32,000 nucleotides of DNA from an uncultured Nitrospiraceae bacterium. Lineage in GTDB: Bacteria > Nitrospirota > Nitrospiria > Nitrospirales > UBA8639. Made by a program: the position numbers and the translations under genes. This document shows, piece by piece, positions 15,553 to 24,712 of the stretch (position 1 is its first letter; each line of letters starts with the position of its first letter). The notes beneath the pieces are model-generated. The model was not told the DNA's origin and ran no database searches. It worked only from the letters and a program-made list of their open reading frames with translations. The DNA is taken from contig CAZGFD010000007.1 of assembly GCA_964525045.1 (NCBI GenBank), positions 120,394 through 152,393 on the forward strand. The letters are read 5' to 3'.

Positions 15553-16063
15553 TTCACCGGGCTCCTACCGATGAAATGAACAACCAACCTTTCATGCTGG
15601 CAATCCTAACAAGGCAATATTTCACACTTGTAACAATTCCGGGTCATAGTGATGAATAATTAGGGTCAAGGCAGTAAATTCTATATTTCAAAGCCGTTAC
15701 AAGCGATGTAGGGTTGGGTATAGCTTGAGCATTGATCAAAGGTCCTGGGTTGGGGGAATTCAAAAAAAGGTATCTTTACGAAGTAAAACCGGTTAGTGTG
15801 AGAGTCTTCTTGCCCAATCAGGGCTTCTTCGATTTGAGGGACCTCCCAATTTCTGAGTCAACAGTGGCGCTTGACCTATGGAATGCCCTCAAGAATGGCG
15901 GTTTTTTATACAATGACCGAATGAAGACCTTTCACTTTCATTGTCAAAATTTTTGTGGGAATTCGTAAAAGGCCTCCCCCTGAATACTCCTCCGGATTGA
16001 TGTGCGGCTTGGAGGACTACCCGCAGTCAAAATGGTCCCCGACAGTACAGGAGACTGTGATTC

Positions 16064-18286
16064 ATGAATAGATTGGGAATGAAGGGTCGAAATCGGAATG
16101 CGCTGAAACGGCAATGGGTGATGGGGCTTTGCATTTTGGGCGTTCTGATTTCAATTCGAATTTGGGATCCTCTGCCGGTTAAACTGCTTCGATTCCAATC
16201 GTTTGACCTGTATCAAAGAACCCAACCCCGAACGGTTAAAGAAAATCAAATTGTCATTGTTGATATTGATGAATCCAGTTTGGCTCAGTACGGCCAATGG
16301 CCCTGGCCTCGAAATGTGATGGCTGAGCTTGTTCGGAAAATTGTTGATTCCGGGGCGAAAGTCATCGGATTTGATATCGTGTTTGCCGAGGCCGATCGCC
16401 TTTCACCAACCCACATGGCGAGGTCGCTGATAAATCTTGATCCGGCCTCAAAAAAACGGCTCGAACGCCTTCCTGACCACGATACGTTGCTTGCCGATGC
16501 CTTTAGAGAGACTCAGGTTGTGGTTTCGCAAAGTGGGTTGGAGAAAAACACCCTTACCCTGGCAAATATTTCACCCGGAAAACCTACGATAATTAAGATC
16601 GGAGAGGATCCCAACCCCTTCCTCATATCGTTTGCCGGACTTCTTCCTACTATCCCGAAGTTGGGAGAGGCTGCAGCTGGTCATGGGGTGATTAGCATCA
16701 GTCCCGAACCCGATGGGATTGTCCGGCGGGTTCCGGCGATACTGAGAGTTGGCGAACACCTATTGCCCGCCCTCAGCCTCGAAATGTTCCGGGTGGCATC
16801 CGGAGAATCGCATATATCGGTCCAGAGTGAATTTGAAGGGGTTCGGGGAGTCAAGATTGCAGAAACCTTTATTCCCACCGATAAAGCTGGTCGTGTATGG
16901 GTGCATTTTGCCAGACGCAACTCCCAGGAATATCTTTCAGCCGTGAGCTTGCTCAAAGGCGAACGGCATTCCAGGACCTTGCAAGATAAATTGGTTCTTA
17001 TTGGCACTTCCGCTGTCGGGTTAGGTGATATTAAGGTAACACCGGTAGACGGGAATGTTCCCGGAGTAGAAGTTCACGCACAAATGTTGAGCATGATGCT
17101 TGGTCAATCATTTTTAACCCGACCTAACTGGATTCTCGCCACTGAAGCCCTCAGTATGTTCTTCCTTGGCCTTGTCATCATCTACTGGGTTTCGCGCTTT
17201 CGTGCCCTGTCCATCATCTGGATGACGGGGAGTCTATTCATGGGAATCATTGGAGCCTCCTGGTATGCATACAGGGTCCAGGGAGTGTTATTTGATGCAT
17301 CCTTCGGCGTTATCGGACTATTGGGTCTGTATGGGTACCTGAGTTACAACAACTACGTTCGTGAAGAGCAATCCCAACGACGTATCCGAAATACCTTCAG
17401 TCGATATCTCTCACCAACCCTTGTGGAACAATTAGCCGTGAACGCCTCTCAATTAAAGCTGGGGGGCGAAACCAAAATCATGACGGTGATGTTTTGTGAT
17501 GTTCGGGAATTTACATCGATTTCCGAGCAGTTCCAATCTGATCCACAAGGGTTAACGCAACTGCTGAATAGTCTGCTGACCCCTCTCACGGAGGTCATCC
17601 TTCGGCACAAAGGAACGATTGATAAGTATATGGGGGATAACATTATGGCTTTTTGGAATGCCCCCCTCGATGATCCGGACCATGCGTACAATGCCTGCCA
17701 AGCGGCGATAGAGATGGTTCGGAGTCTGGAACACCTTAACGCGATTCGTCTTAGAGATGCCCAGGCCAAGAACCAGCCGTTCATTCCCCTGAAAGTAGGG
17801 ATTGGAATCAATACCGGCTCCTGTGTTGTCGGCAATTTAGGGTCTCAACAACGTTTTGACTACTCGGTTCTCGGCGACCCCGTCAATATTGCCTCACGTT
17901 TAGAAGGGCAATCAAAGATGTATGAATTGGAAATTGTCATTGGGCCGCAAACAGCAGAACAGGTACGTGATCGCTTGGCCCTACTAGAAGTTGATCTCAT
18001 TACTCTTAAGGGAAAGGAAAAACCCGCCAGAACGTATACCGTACTCGGGGATCATCGACTCCGTTCTGCCTCCGAGTACCAAAAATTGATGAAAACCCAT
18101 TTGGCCATGTTGGCGGCATTTCGCAGCCGGGAATGGCTACGTGCCCGGACACTGTTGAAGGAATGTCGAGAGAATAGTTATGCCCCACTTGGAGTCTATG
18201 AACAATATGAAGAACGGATTTCCCACTATCAACACCAGCCGCCTCCTCCAGAGTGGGAAGGGGTTTTTGTCGCAACGACCAAGTAG
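16064..18286 (+). CDS. CHASE2-sensor class III adenylate cyclase
   Basis: One N-terminal TM is followed by an extracytoplasmic domain of about 310 aa (IVIVDIDESSL..WPWPR.., GTSAVGLGDIKVTP). Then come 3 TM helices and a cyclase domain (aa 470-655): MFCDVREFTS, DKYMGDNIMAFW, GINTGSCVVGNLG, VLGDPVNIASRLE. Confidence 0.95.
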   Translation: MNRLGMKGRNRNALKRQWVMGLCILGVLISIRIWDPLPVKLLRFQSFDLYQRTQPRTVKENQIVIVDIDESSLAQYGQWPWPRNVMAELVRKIVDSGAKVIGFDIVFAEADRLSPTHMARSLINLDPASKKRLERLPDHDTLLADAFRETQVVVSQSGLEKNTLTLANISPGKPTIIKIGEDPNPFLISFAGLLPTIPKLGEAAAGHGVISISPEPDGIVRRVPAILRVGEHLLPALSLEMFRVASGESHISVQSEFEGVRGVKIAETFIPTDKAGRVWVHFARRNSQEYLSAVSLLKGERHSRTLQDKLVLIGTSAVGLGDIKVTPVDGNVPGVEVHAQMLSMMLGQSFLTRPNWILATEALSMFFLGLVIIYWVSRFRALSIIWMTGSLFMGIIGASWYAYRVQGVLFDASFGVIGLLGLYGYLSYNNYVREEQSQRRIRNTFSRYLSPTLVEQLAVNASQLKLGGETKIMTVMFCDVREFTSISEQFQSDPQGLTQLLNSLLTPLTEVILRHKGTIDKYMGDNIMAFWNAPLDDPDHAYNACQAAIEMVRSLEHLNAIRLRDAQAKNQPFIPLKVGIGINTGSCVVGNLGSQQRFDYSVLGDPVNIASRLEGQSKMYELEIVIGPQTAEQVRDRLALLEVDLITLKGKEKPARTYTVLGDHRLRSASEYQKLMKTHLAMLAAFRSREWLRARTLLKECRENSYAPLGVYEQYEERISHYQHQPPPPEWEGVFVATTK

Positions 18287-18520
18287 GGATAAAAGTCAAT
18301 CGATGATTTCCCAACTCAAAGTGGAATCTAGCCATAACAAAATTTTCGAATATACTTAAAACTTTGGACCATCTCATCCCTACCTGGTTTTCAGACACAG
18401 GGGGGTATGGGCTTTCCCAAATGGTACCTTCACTAACAACTGGAGAAATGAACCTTATAGAATTGTATGACATATTGACTCTGAATTCCTGCCACACATC
18501 AATTTTGAAATGAGGAATAT

Positions 18521-19012
18521 ATGAAGCCTTTCGTTGTCATATGGGTGATCGGGATGATTGTCCATCTGTCCTTAATAATGGCGCAAGCTGCCCCGATTGG
18601 AATGATAAAGGTCTCAAAAGGAGAAACGTCTATTTTGAGAGACGAAACGCAGTTGATAGGGCAAATCGGCCAATCAGTATTTCAAAATGATGTCTTGGAA
18701 ACCGGGAAGGATGGTGCCTTAGGGGTGACATTCAAAGATAATACGAGAGTCTCCCTTGGACCCAACAGCCACCTAAGCTTGACGAAATTTTCGTTCAACC
18801 CCAAGGAGAAAGAATATTCGTTTTTCTCAGAGATTGCCCGAGGAACACTCGTGTATATTTCCGGCATGATGTCAAAATTGTCTCCCGAGTCGGTTTCGGT
18901 CAAAACCCCTGCAGCGACAATTGGCATACGAGGGACGCGTTTCCTTATTCGGATTGATGACGAAGAGCAAAACGAAATGTCTAAAGAGCCAGGTATCGGG
19001 GTTAAGCCATAA
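18521..19012 (+). CDS. Secreted FecR-domain protein
   Basis: A signal peptide (MKPFVVIWVIGMIVHLSLIMAQA) is followed by the FecR-like motifs GDVLETGKDGALGVTFKDNTRVSLGPNS..., GTLVYISG and IGIRGTRF. The stop codon abuts the next gene's start. Confidence 0.85.
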   Translation: MKPFVVIWVIGMIVHLSLIMAQAAPIGMIKVSKGETSILRDETQLIGQIGQSVFQNDVLETGKDGALGVTFKDNTRVSLGPNSHLSLTKFSFNPKEKEYSFFSEIARGTLVYISGMMSKLSPESVSVKTPAATIGIRGTRFLIRIDDEEQNEMSKEPGIGVKP

Positions 19013-21715
19013 ATGCCAGGTCATCAAACCTGTGGGTTACGGATAGACCATCTAACCTGTCGAAGGCTCCTACAATGCATCTGGAGCGCGGCAGTCTCCC
19101 TTCTGGTCCTGGTTGGCTGTGCGACACCTCCACCCGGTCCGACACTGGCTCCGACGCTAATAGAAGGTGAGAGCCGTGTTTCAGGTTCTGCCGTACCTAA
19201 AGCCTCTATTAACGTCCTGGTCAACGGGCAGTCTGTAGCCAAGGGGCCGGCAACAGACAAGGGGGATTTCGTTCTGGATGTTCCCCCTTTAGCTGTCTCT
19301 CAAATTGTGACGGCGACTCAGTCTTTGGAGGGGCTCACGAGCGTTCCTTCCGCCCCGATCATTGTGCAGAAAGCTATTCTGGTCAACATGACCCTACAGC
19401 CTGAACAAACCCTTTCGCTTGTCCTAGGCAGTACTCAGGCTTTTTCCGCGACGGGTACGTTTTCCAATGGCCAGTCTGAGGATCCCCTCCCAGAGGTCAT
19501 ATGGAAGAGTAGCAACCCAGCAATCCTGAGCGTCGATCCCCGGGGACAAGTTGCCGGCCTGAAAGTCGGGACAGCCGAGATTTGGGGTAGTCGAGGGGAG
19601 GTTCAGTCCGCCCATACAGTCATCCACGTCAAGCCACCCCCGCCGTTAATCGTTGGACCTCTGAGAGCTGGAGATTCCGACATTCAGGGGCAGTCGGAGC
19701 CATTTGCCAGCATTCAGATTTGGGTCAATGGGATTCCTCGCGGTGGTGAAGTATTGGCAGATGAACAGGGGCATTGGCAAAGTAGCCATCCACTCTACTT
19801 GGAAGAGGATGACCACATCTTTACCACCCAAACCGTTGCGCAGCATCAGAGCGATCCTTCAGATCCCATTCCCGTTGGCCCGCCCATACTCCTGGAAATT
19901 GACATTCATCCTTCGAATTCGGCCACTCTATCCACCGGTCGGGAATTGAAGTTTACCGCTTCCGGTATCTATTCAAATGGACAAATTGAAAGTCCCTTAT
20001 CCGGAACGTCTTGGTACAGTGAAGATCCATCCGTTGCCATCATTCAAAATGATGGAGTAGCCACTGGGATGAAACCGGGAAGGGTATGGATACAGGTTCT
20101 CAGGGATGCCGTTCAGTCGAAGAAGTCAATACTGATCGTTGAGCCCACACCCCCAACCATCACGACTCGCCCTCGCGCAGGGGACACCGCGTTAGAGGGC
20201 ACAGCCGATCGTTTCGCCAATATTTCCCTGACTATTAATGGCGTGATCCAGGAAATAGAAGTTGGAGCTGATGCTCAGGGTGACTGGAAAGCGGAGGGGA
20301 TGGCCCCGCTCACTGAACACGATGAAGTGACGAGCCAACAGACGGTGAATAGTATTCAGAGTGCATCTTCCACTCCAGTCATCGTGGGGAAGGCGATTCT
20401 CACTCAACTTGAGGTCCCGTCTTCTCAGGTGGTGATTGAAAAAGGTGCCCAATCTCAACCCCTCGCCGCTAGAGGAATCTTTTCAAATGGAAAAGTGAAT
20501 CAAGCCATGACCGATGTGAAGTGGTCTGTCGAGGACCCCCAGGTAGTGACGATTAATTCGGAAGGTATTATTTCCGGAATCGAGGTCGGCGTCACGACAA
20601 TCCAGGCAAGTCGAGATGACATAAGCTCCCCCCCTGTCACTGTCCTTGTCAACCCATTACCACCGGTGATTACAAGCCAGCTGAAAGCTGGAGATACGAC
20701 CGTCCGCGGAACGGCAGAGCCCTCGGCGAGTATTCAGGTTCTGTTGGATGGGGCGACTCTTGGTGGACAGGTTTTGGCTGATGGTCTGGGTGAATGGCAG
20801 ATTCGTGATCTTCCTTCATTTGATAAGGATGATCGTATTTCGGTTACACAAACGGTCAATGATCTAAAAAGTAAGCCTTCAGGTGTCGAAACGGTCCTCC
20901 CCAATCATCCACCTGTCCTTAAACCTATGGAAGACCAATTGGTGTATTTGGGAAGTACCTTGACTGTCACAATAAATGCTCGTGATCCCGATGATGATGA
21001 ATTGACCTACAAGCTCATCCAACCCTCTGTGTTGCCCAATAGTACTCTGGATATCTCATCGGGCCGGTTGACCTATTCCCCGTTGTCGGGCCAGGTTGGG
21101 GAGTGGGAACTCAAGGTGAAGGTGAGTGATGGGAATCTAGCGACTGAAGGGACAATCGTCATAAATGTGTCCCTGCCCAAGAACCTGATTGTATTGCTTG
21201 ATAATGCAGATGGAACGGTGGGTATGATCGATATTACGAATGCCGGCGTGACCCGGGTTCTTGATCAACCGGCCCAGGCCGTAGGACTATTCGGTGGGGC
21301 CTCACCGCCGAGTGAAACCTTTGTACTAAAAGAAAAAACTATTCAAGCGGTATTTAAGGAATCTTTGAAAGCCAAACCGGAAGATCCTCTCAAATTCATC
21401 CTCTATTTTAAGACTGATACTATCAAGTTATCTGCGGAGTCAGAAAAACAACTGCCCGAAATCCTTTTGACCATTACAAATCGGGAGGTACCCGATATTG
21501 AGGTGATCGGCCATACAGACCGGACAGCCTCGGCAGAGTATAATCATCAACTTTCCTTGCGTCGGGCCCATGCCATTCGCGATATGCTGGTGGTCAGGGG
21601 GATCAACCCTCAGGTTATACAGGTCACAGGACATGGAGAAAACAACCCGCTTCTTGAAACACCGGATAATGTCAGTGAACCCTTGAACCGTCGTGTGGAG
21701 ATTATGGTCCGGTAA
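19013..21715 (+). CDS. Large outer-membrane-associated lipoprotein: 4 Ig-like modules alternating with 3 Big_2 domains, a cadherin/He_PIG-like domain and a C-terminal OmpA/MotB peptidoglycan-binding domain
   Basis: The lipobox is LVLVGC, with the Cys36 codon at 19118-19120. Big_2-like segments contain ATGTFSNGQ, ASGIYSNGQ and ARGIFSNGK. The OmpA-like C-terminus is VIGHTDRTASAEYNHQLSLRRAHAIRDMLV...NRRVEIMV. Confidence 0.92.
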   Translation: MPGHQTCGLRIDHLTCRRLLQCIWSAAVSLLVLVGCATPPPGPTLAPTLIEGESRVSGSAVPKASINVLVNGQSVAKGPATDKGDFVLDVPPLAVSQIVTATQSLEGLTSVPSAPIIVQKAILVNMTLQPEQTLSLVLGSTQAFSATGTFSNGQSEDPLPEVIWKSSNPAILSVDPRGQVAGLKVGTAEIWGSRGEVQSAHTVIHVKPPPPLIVGPLRAGDSDIQGQSEPFASIQIWVNGIPRGGEVLADEQGHWQSSHPLYLEEDDHIFTTQTVAQHQSDPSDPIPVGPPILLEIDIHPSNSATLSTGRELKFTASGIYSNGQIESPLSGTSWYSEDPSVAIIQNDGVATGMKPGRVWIQVLRDAVQSKKSILIVEPTPPTITTRPRAGDTALEGTADRFANISLTINGVIQEIEVGADAQGDWKAEGMAPLTEHDEVTSQQTVNSIQSASSTPVIVGKAILTQLEVPSSQVVIEKGAQSQPLAARGIFSNGKVNQAMTDVKWSVEDPQVVTINSEGIISGIEVGVTTIQASRDDISSPPVTVLVNPLPPVITSQLKAGDTTVRGTAEPSASIQVLLDGATLGGQVLADGLGEWQIRDLPSFDKDDRISVTQTVNDLKSKPSGVETVLPNHPPVLKPMEDQLVYLGSTLTVTINARDPDDDELTYKLIQPSVLPNSTLDISSGRLTYSPLSGQVGEWELKVKVSDGNLATEGTIVINVSLPKNLIVLLDNADGTVGMIDITNAGVTRVLDQPAQAVGLFGGASPPSETFVLKEKTIQAVFKESLKAKPEDPLKFILYFKTDTIKLSAESEKQLPEILLTITNREVPDIEVIGHTDRTASAEYNHQLSLRRAHAIRDMLVVRGINPQVIQVTGHGENNPLLETPDNVSEPLNRRVEIMVR
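19160..20896 (+). repeat. Protein-level tandem domain repeats inside the OmpA lipoprotein (about 170-aa supermodule, Ig-like + Big_2)
   Basis: Four paralogous segments: SRVSGSAVPKASINVLVNGQ..., AGDSDIQGQSEPFASIQIWVNG..., AGDTALEGTADRFANISLTING..., AGDTTVRGTAEPSASIQVLLDG... Each is followed by ...D..G.W... and ...TQTV... motifs. The repeats have diverged and are not identical at the DNA level. Confidence 0.7.
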
Positions 21716-21863
21716 GGATCTAGTGGCGCGGATTTCGATTCAACTTTTGAGAGACTTCATTGATTCCATGTTCGACATTCGAAATTCCCCCAACGTTGGC
21801 CCTCCCTGATGCAGACAGGTTGGAGATTGGTCTCGGTGGTCAATAACGAACTTTGGATGTTCT

Positions 21864-22547
21864 CTATTCCGCCGGGACGCAAAATTTTCCTCCCCGTTCT
21901 TCGCAGAGCCGCTGACGAAATCGATCGGACCAATATTGAAAGGCTTTCTCTACATGGCTCCAGGGGTTTCGCACATCGGTTAATTCCCGCCCACCTCCTC
22001 GGCGGTCCACCCCCGCCATCAGGACCTCACCGGTGACACTGTCGGAAACCTCCCCTTCAATGCCAGCGGACCCTACAAAGGCTCGGGTCCCCGTGGCCAT
22101 TTTGGATACGCTGGGTAAAGGCACCACTGAAGTCACGGCATGCATCGCTCTGCTGGCCTGTTCGGCTTCGGTCAGGGCGACCCTGATTCGCATCACCCCC
22201 GGTCCCGGTTTATCAACGACCTGCATCCCTTCGGCTCTCACCGCCTCAATGGCCTTCACCCTCATGAGGCGGGTTAACCGTTGCAGGTCACGTGGAGGAA
22301 TTTCCCCTAAATTGGAATCCTCCCCTCGCCAAACCGTAACGGGGTCAACCATGGCCTTGTCGTAGTCCTTCCAATTCGCGGTGGGGTTTCGATAGTACAG
22401 TAAGGGCTCTCCGGGTTTTCCGGGACGCAATTTGGAATAATCTTTTAAAAATCCGGTGGTCTCGACTTTTCCGGCTTGTTCAGAACCCGCACATCCCCAG
22501 AACAGCACGACCACTCCCAGGATAATGAGCACTCCCTTACTCTTCAT
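21864..22547 (-). CDS. DUF3313-family lipoprotein
   Basis: The start is set at ATG 22547, which has a GGGGG-rich SD; the ORF extends to 22586. The lipobox is LFWGC. TGFLKDYSKLRPG...NWKDYDKAMVDPV resembles DUF3313. Confidence 0.8.
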   Translation of the reverse strand: MKSKGVLIILGVVVLFWGCAGSEQAGKVETTGFLKDYSKLRPGKPGEPLLYYRNPTANWKDYDKAMVDPVTVWRGEDSNLGEIPPRDLQRLTRLMRVKAIEAVRAEGMQVVDKPGPGVMRIRVALTEAEQASRAMHAVTSVVPLPSVSKMATGTRAFVGSAGIEGEVSDSVTGEVLMAGVDRRGGGRELTDVRNPWSHVEKAFQYWSDRFRQRLCEERGGKFCVPAE

Positions 22548-22643
22548 GGATCCCCCTTTTTCTCTCAATTTTGGATTGGGCATCAAGCGATAAGGACGAA
22601 GTATAACCGTTTCAGGCCCTTCACTTTCAATGCGTGCAAATGA

Positions 22644-23603
22644 TTATTCGTCACGCTTCTCCCGAATGAGTTGATGCACAATGATTTCCGGACGACAGAG
22701 GAATCGAACGGGAACGACGGACACTCCGACGCCGGGGGAGGTATAGCCTTTCATATTCTGATACCTCCAGGGGCCACTGGCAAATTTCCGAGGGGATCCC
22801 CCTGTAATGATGGGGATGCTTTTGGGCAAGCAAATTTGCCCACCATGTGTGTGGCCGCACAGATAATAATCCACACCGACTGCGGCCGCATCTTTGATCA
22901 AGTCCGTGGAATGTGCCAATAAAACCTTAACCGGGTCCGCATGTGAGGGAACGGATCGCAATGCCTTTGCCAGGTCGTCTGTTTCGTACCAGTGGGGGTC
23001 GTCCACTCCAATCAGCCAAATGGTTTGGTTCCCCCGGGTGATTGGTATGGATTCATTCAAGAGGAGGGTAATGCCAAGGCCTTCCAGCCCAGGGACCATC
23101 TCAAGAAAGTCATGATTCCCAAGGATGCCAATCGTTCCATGAGGACACTGAATGACCTTGACCAAGTCGGCCATGTAAAGGATGGTTTTTCGGTAATCGC
23201 CGAATGTCAAATAACGGAAATCCCCCGTCAACACACAAAGATCATACTCGAGCTGGGAAAGGATGGTTCGAAGCTTCCTCCCTTTGTCGGCAATACCCTC
23301 AACATGAAGATCGGATAAATGAAGAATCCGAAATCCCTCAAAGGCGGCTGGCAGGTTCCGAAGCCCGACCGTCTGTTCGACAATTTTGTAGTCCAGAGAC
23401 GTTTCTACCCCTCGGTTCCAAAGTCCGGAAAATTTCAGAATCCACTTCAAATACGGACTTAGGAAATCGAGGTTCTCGGGGTAGAAGTGATGTCCCCTCG
23501 TTCCGAATCTCACCGCAGAATGAACCGCTTGAAGCTTTAACCGTTCTCGAACATGGTGGGAGCCAATTCGCGCAAGTAATTGAGTGAGGAGAGAGGAATC
23601 CAT
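22644..23603 (-). CDS. Calcineurin-like metallophosphoesterase (YkuE-like)
   Basis: Carries the motifs LHLSDLHVEG, VLTGDF, ILGNHD, GVDDPH and LCGHTHGGQI. Confidence 0.9.
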   Translation of the reverse strand: MDSSLLTQLLARIGSHHVRERLKLQAVHSAVRFGTRGHHFYPENLDFLSPYLKWILKFSGLWNRGVETSLDYKIVEQTVGLRNLPAAFEGFRILHLSDLHVEGIADKGRKLRTILSQLEYDLCVLTGDFRYLTFGDYRKTILYMADLVKVIQCPHGTIGILGNHDFLEMVPGLEGLGITLLLNESIPITRGNQTIWLIGVDDPHWYETDDLAKALRSVPSHADPVKVLLAHSTDLIKDAAAVGVDYYLCGHTHGGQICLPKSIPIITGGSPRKFASGPWRYQNMKGYTSPGVGVSVVPVRFLCRPEIIVHQLIREKRDE

Positions 23604-23654
23604 GAGGCGGTAGCCGACTTGTCAACCCGTTATCTTCAAAGATACCATATCTGA

Positions 23655-24068
23655 ATGCAATCGCTAGATGTCCAAAACCCCGGGATGCCGGACCTTCAAT
23701 TCGTGTTGCTGGTCTTAGCCCTGTCCACGTCTGATCTTCACTCTCTAAATCTCTCATTGTCGGGAAGGGAAACGCTCTTTAATCGCTGCTGGGCGTTGCT
23801 TCACGAAACTCCCCCTCCTGTGAAAAAGGAAGAACGAGTGCTCGATCTCCGGTACGGGGATGAGCTCACCCTTGAAGCGATGGTCCAGGTGATTCGGCAA
23901 ACCCTCCAAGAGCAAGGAATCGCTCAACTCACTTGGGATCATCCACCAAGCGAACCTACCCGGAGCACGACCCCCGAGGCGAAGCCCTTAGTGGAGCGCT
24001 TACAGAAACTCTACCCCATTGAACCTGATCAATCTGAATCCCCACCAAGCGGATCCAGTTCGTCATGA
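23655..24068 (+). CDS. Hypothetical protein (137 aa), uncertain
   Basis: The ORF fills an otherwise 540-bp gap. It has no SD and no recognisable family, and its tail is Pro/Ser-rich. Confidence 0.35.
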   Translation: MQSLDVQNPGMPDLQFVLLVLALSTSDLHSLNLSLSGRETLFNRCWALLHETPPPVKKEERVLDLRYGDELTLEAMVQVIRQTLQEQGIAQLTWDHPPSEPTRSTTPEAKPLVERLQKLYPIEPDQSESPPSGSSSS

Positions 24069-24143
24069 TGGGTTACCCCCCTTTCCATTGATCGGATGTT
24101 TCATTCCCGCCAACCATCCTTGGCCGCCAGGAAGAGGAGTAGG

Positions 24144-24611
24144 ATGACGAAGAGAAATTATGCAACTTGGGTAGGTCGATGTCTTGGGATAGGCAGTATG
24201 GTCGTGTGGCTCCTTGCCTGTTCAGAGCAGCCGGATCAACCATTTGAACAGGCGAAGCCAGGGGGCAATCCGGAAAGCCGTCAATCCCTTGAGAGTGAAC
24301 CTCAATCTCTGGCCAACAATGACCAAGCCGCGGCTGAACTGATGATGGCGCTAAAAGAGACCAAAATGGCATTAAAAGAATCGGAAGAATTGCTGCGCGA
24401 TGCGATGCCGGGAAAGGATTCGGACCGTCCCCTAAAGGCATTAGAAAGAGAACTTCAGGCCGCTGAGGGACTGTTGATAGAGGTTCGAAAGACTATTGAG
24501 CAGGGAGACTATCTCAAGGCCAAGGGACAAATCCATGATATGACCGATCGGACCAACCATATCAATCAACAAATCAAGGAGGCGATTCGAAAACAAGAAC
24601 GTGCGAGTTAG
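24144..24611 (+). CDS. Hypothetical coiled-coil lipoprotein
   Basis: ATG 24144 has AGAGGAG 4 nt upstream; the ORF extends to 24096. The lipobox is VWLLAC. The remainder is charged and helical. Confidence 0.6.
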   Translation: MTKRNYATWVGRCLGIGSMVVWLLACSEQPDQPFEQAKPGGNPESRQSLESEPQSLANNDQAAAELMMALKETKMALKESEELLRDAMPGKDSDRPLKALERELQAAEGLLIEVRKTIEQGDYLKAKGQIHDMTDRTNHINQQIKEAIRKQERAS

Positions 24612-24712
24612 CGGGTCCAACCCTCCAGAAACAATCATGGTACATGTCCCAGCCCAAGGCGATACCGATGAATAGGAAATCATAGGACCGCGTTCCCGAA
24701 GGAGCCAAAATC

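Noticed and set aside
15732-15968. 78-aa ORF with a TTG start between the LpxH-like gene and the cyclase gene.
   Set aside because: It has a TTG start without an SD and no recognisable family. It cannot be excluded as a small protein, but it is unsupported.
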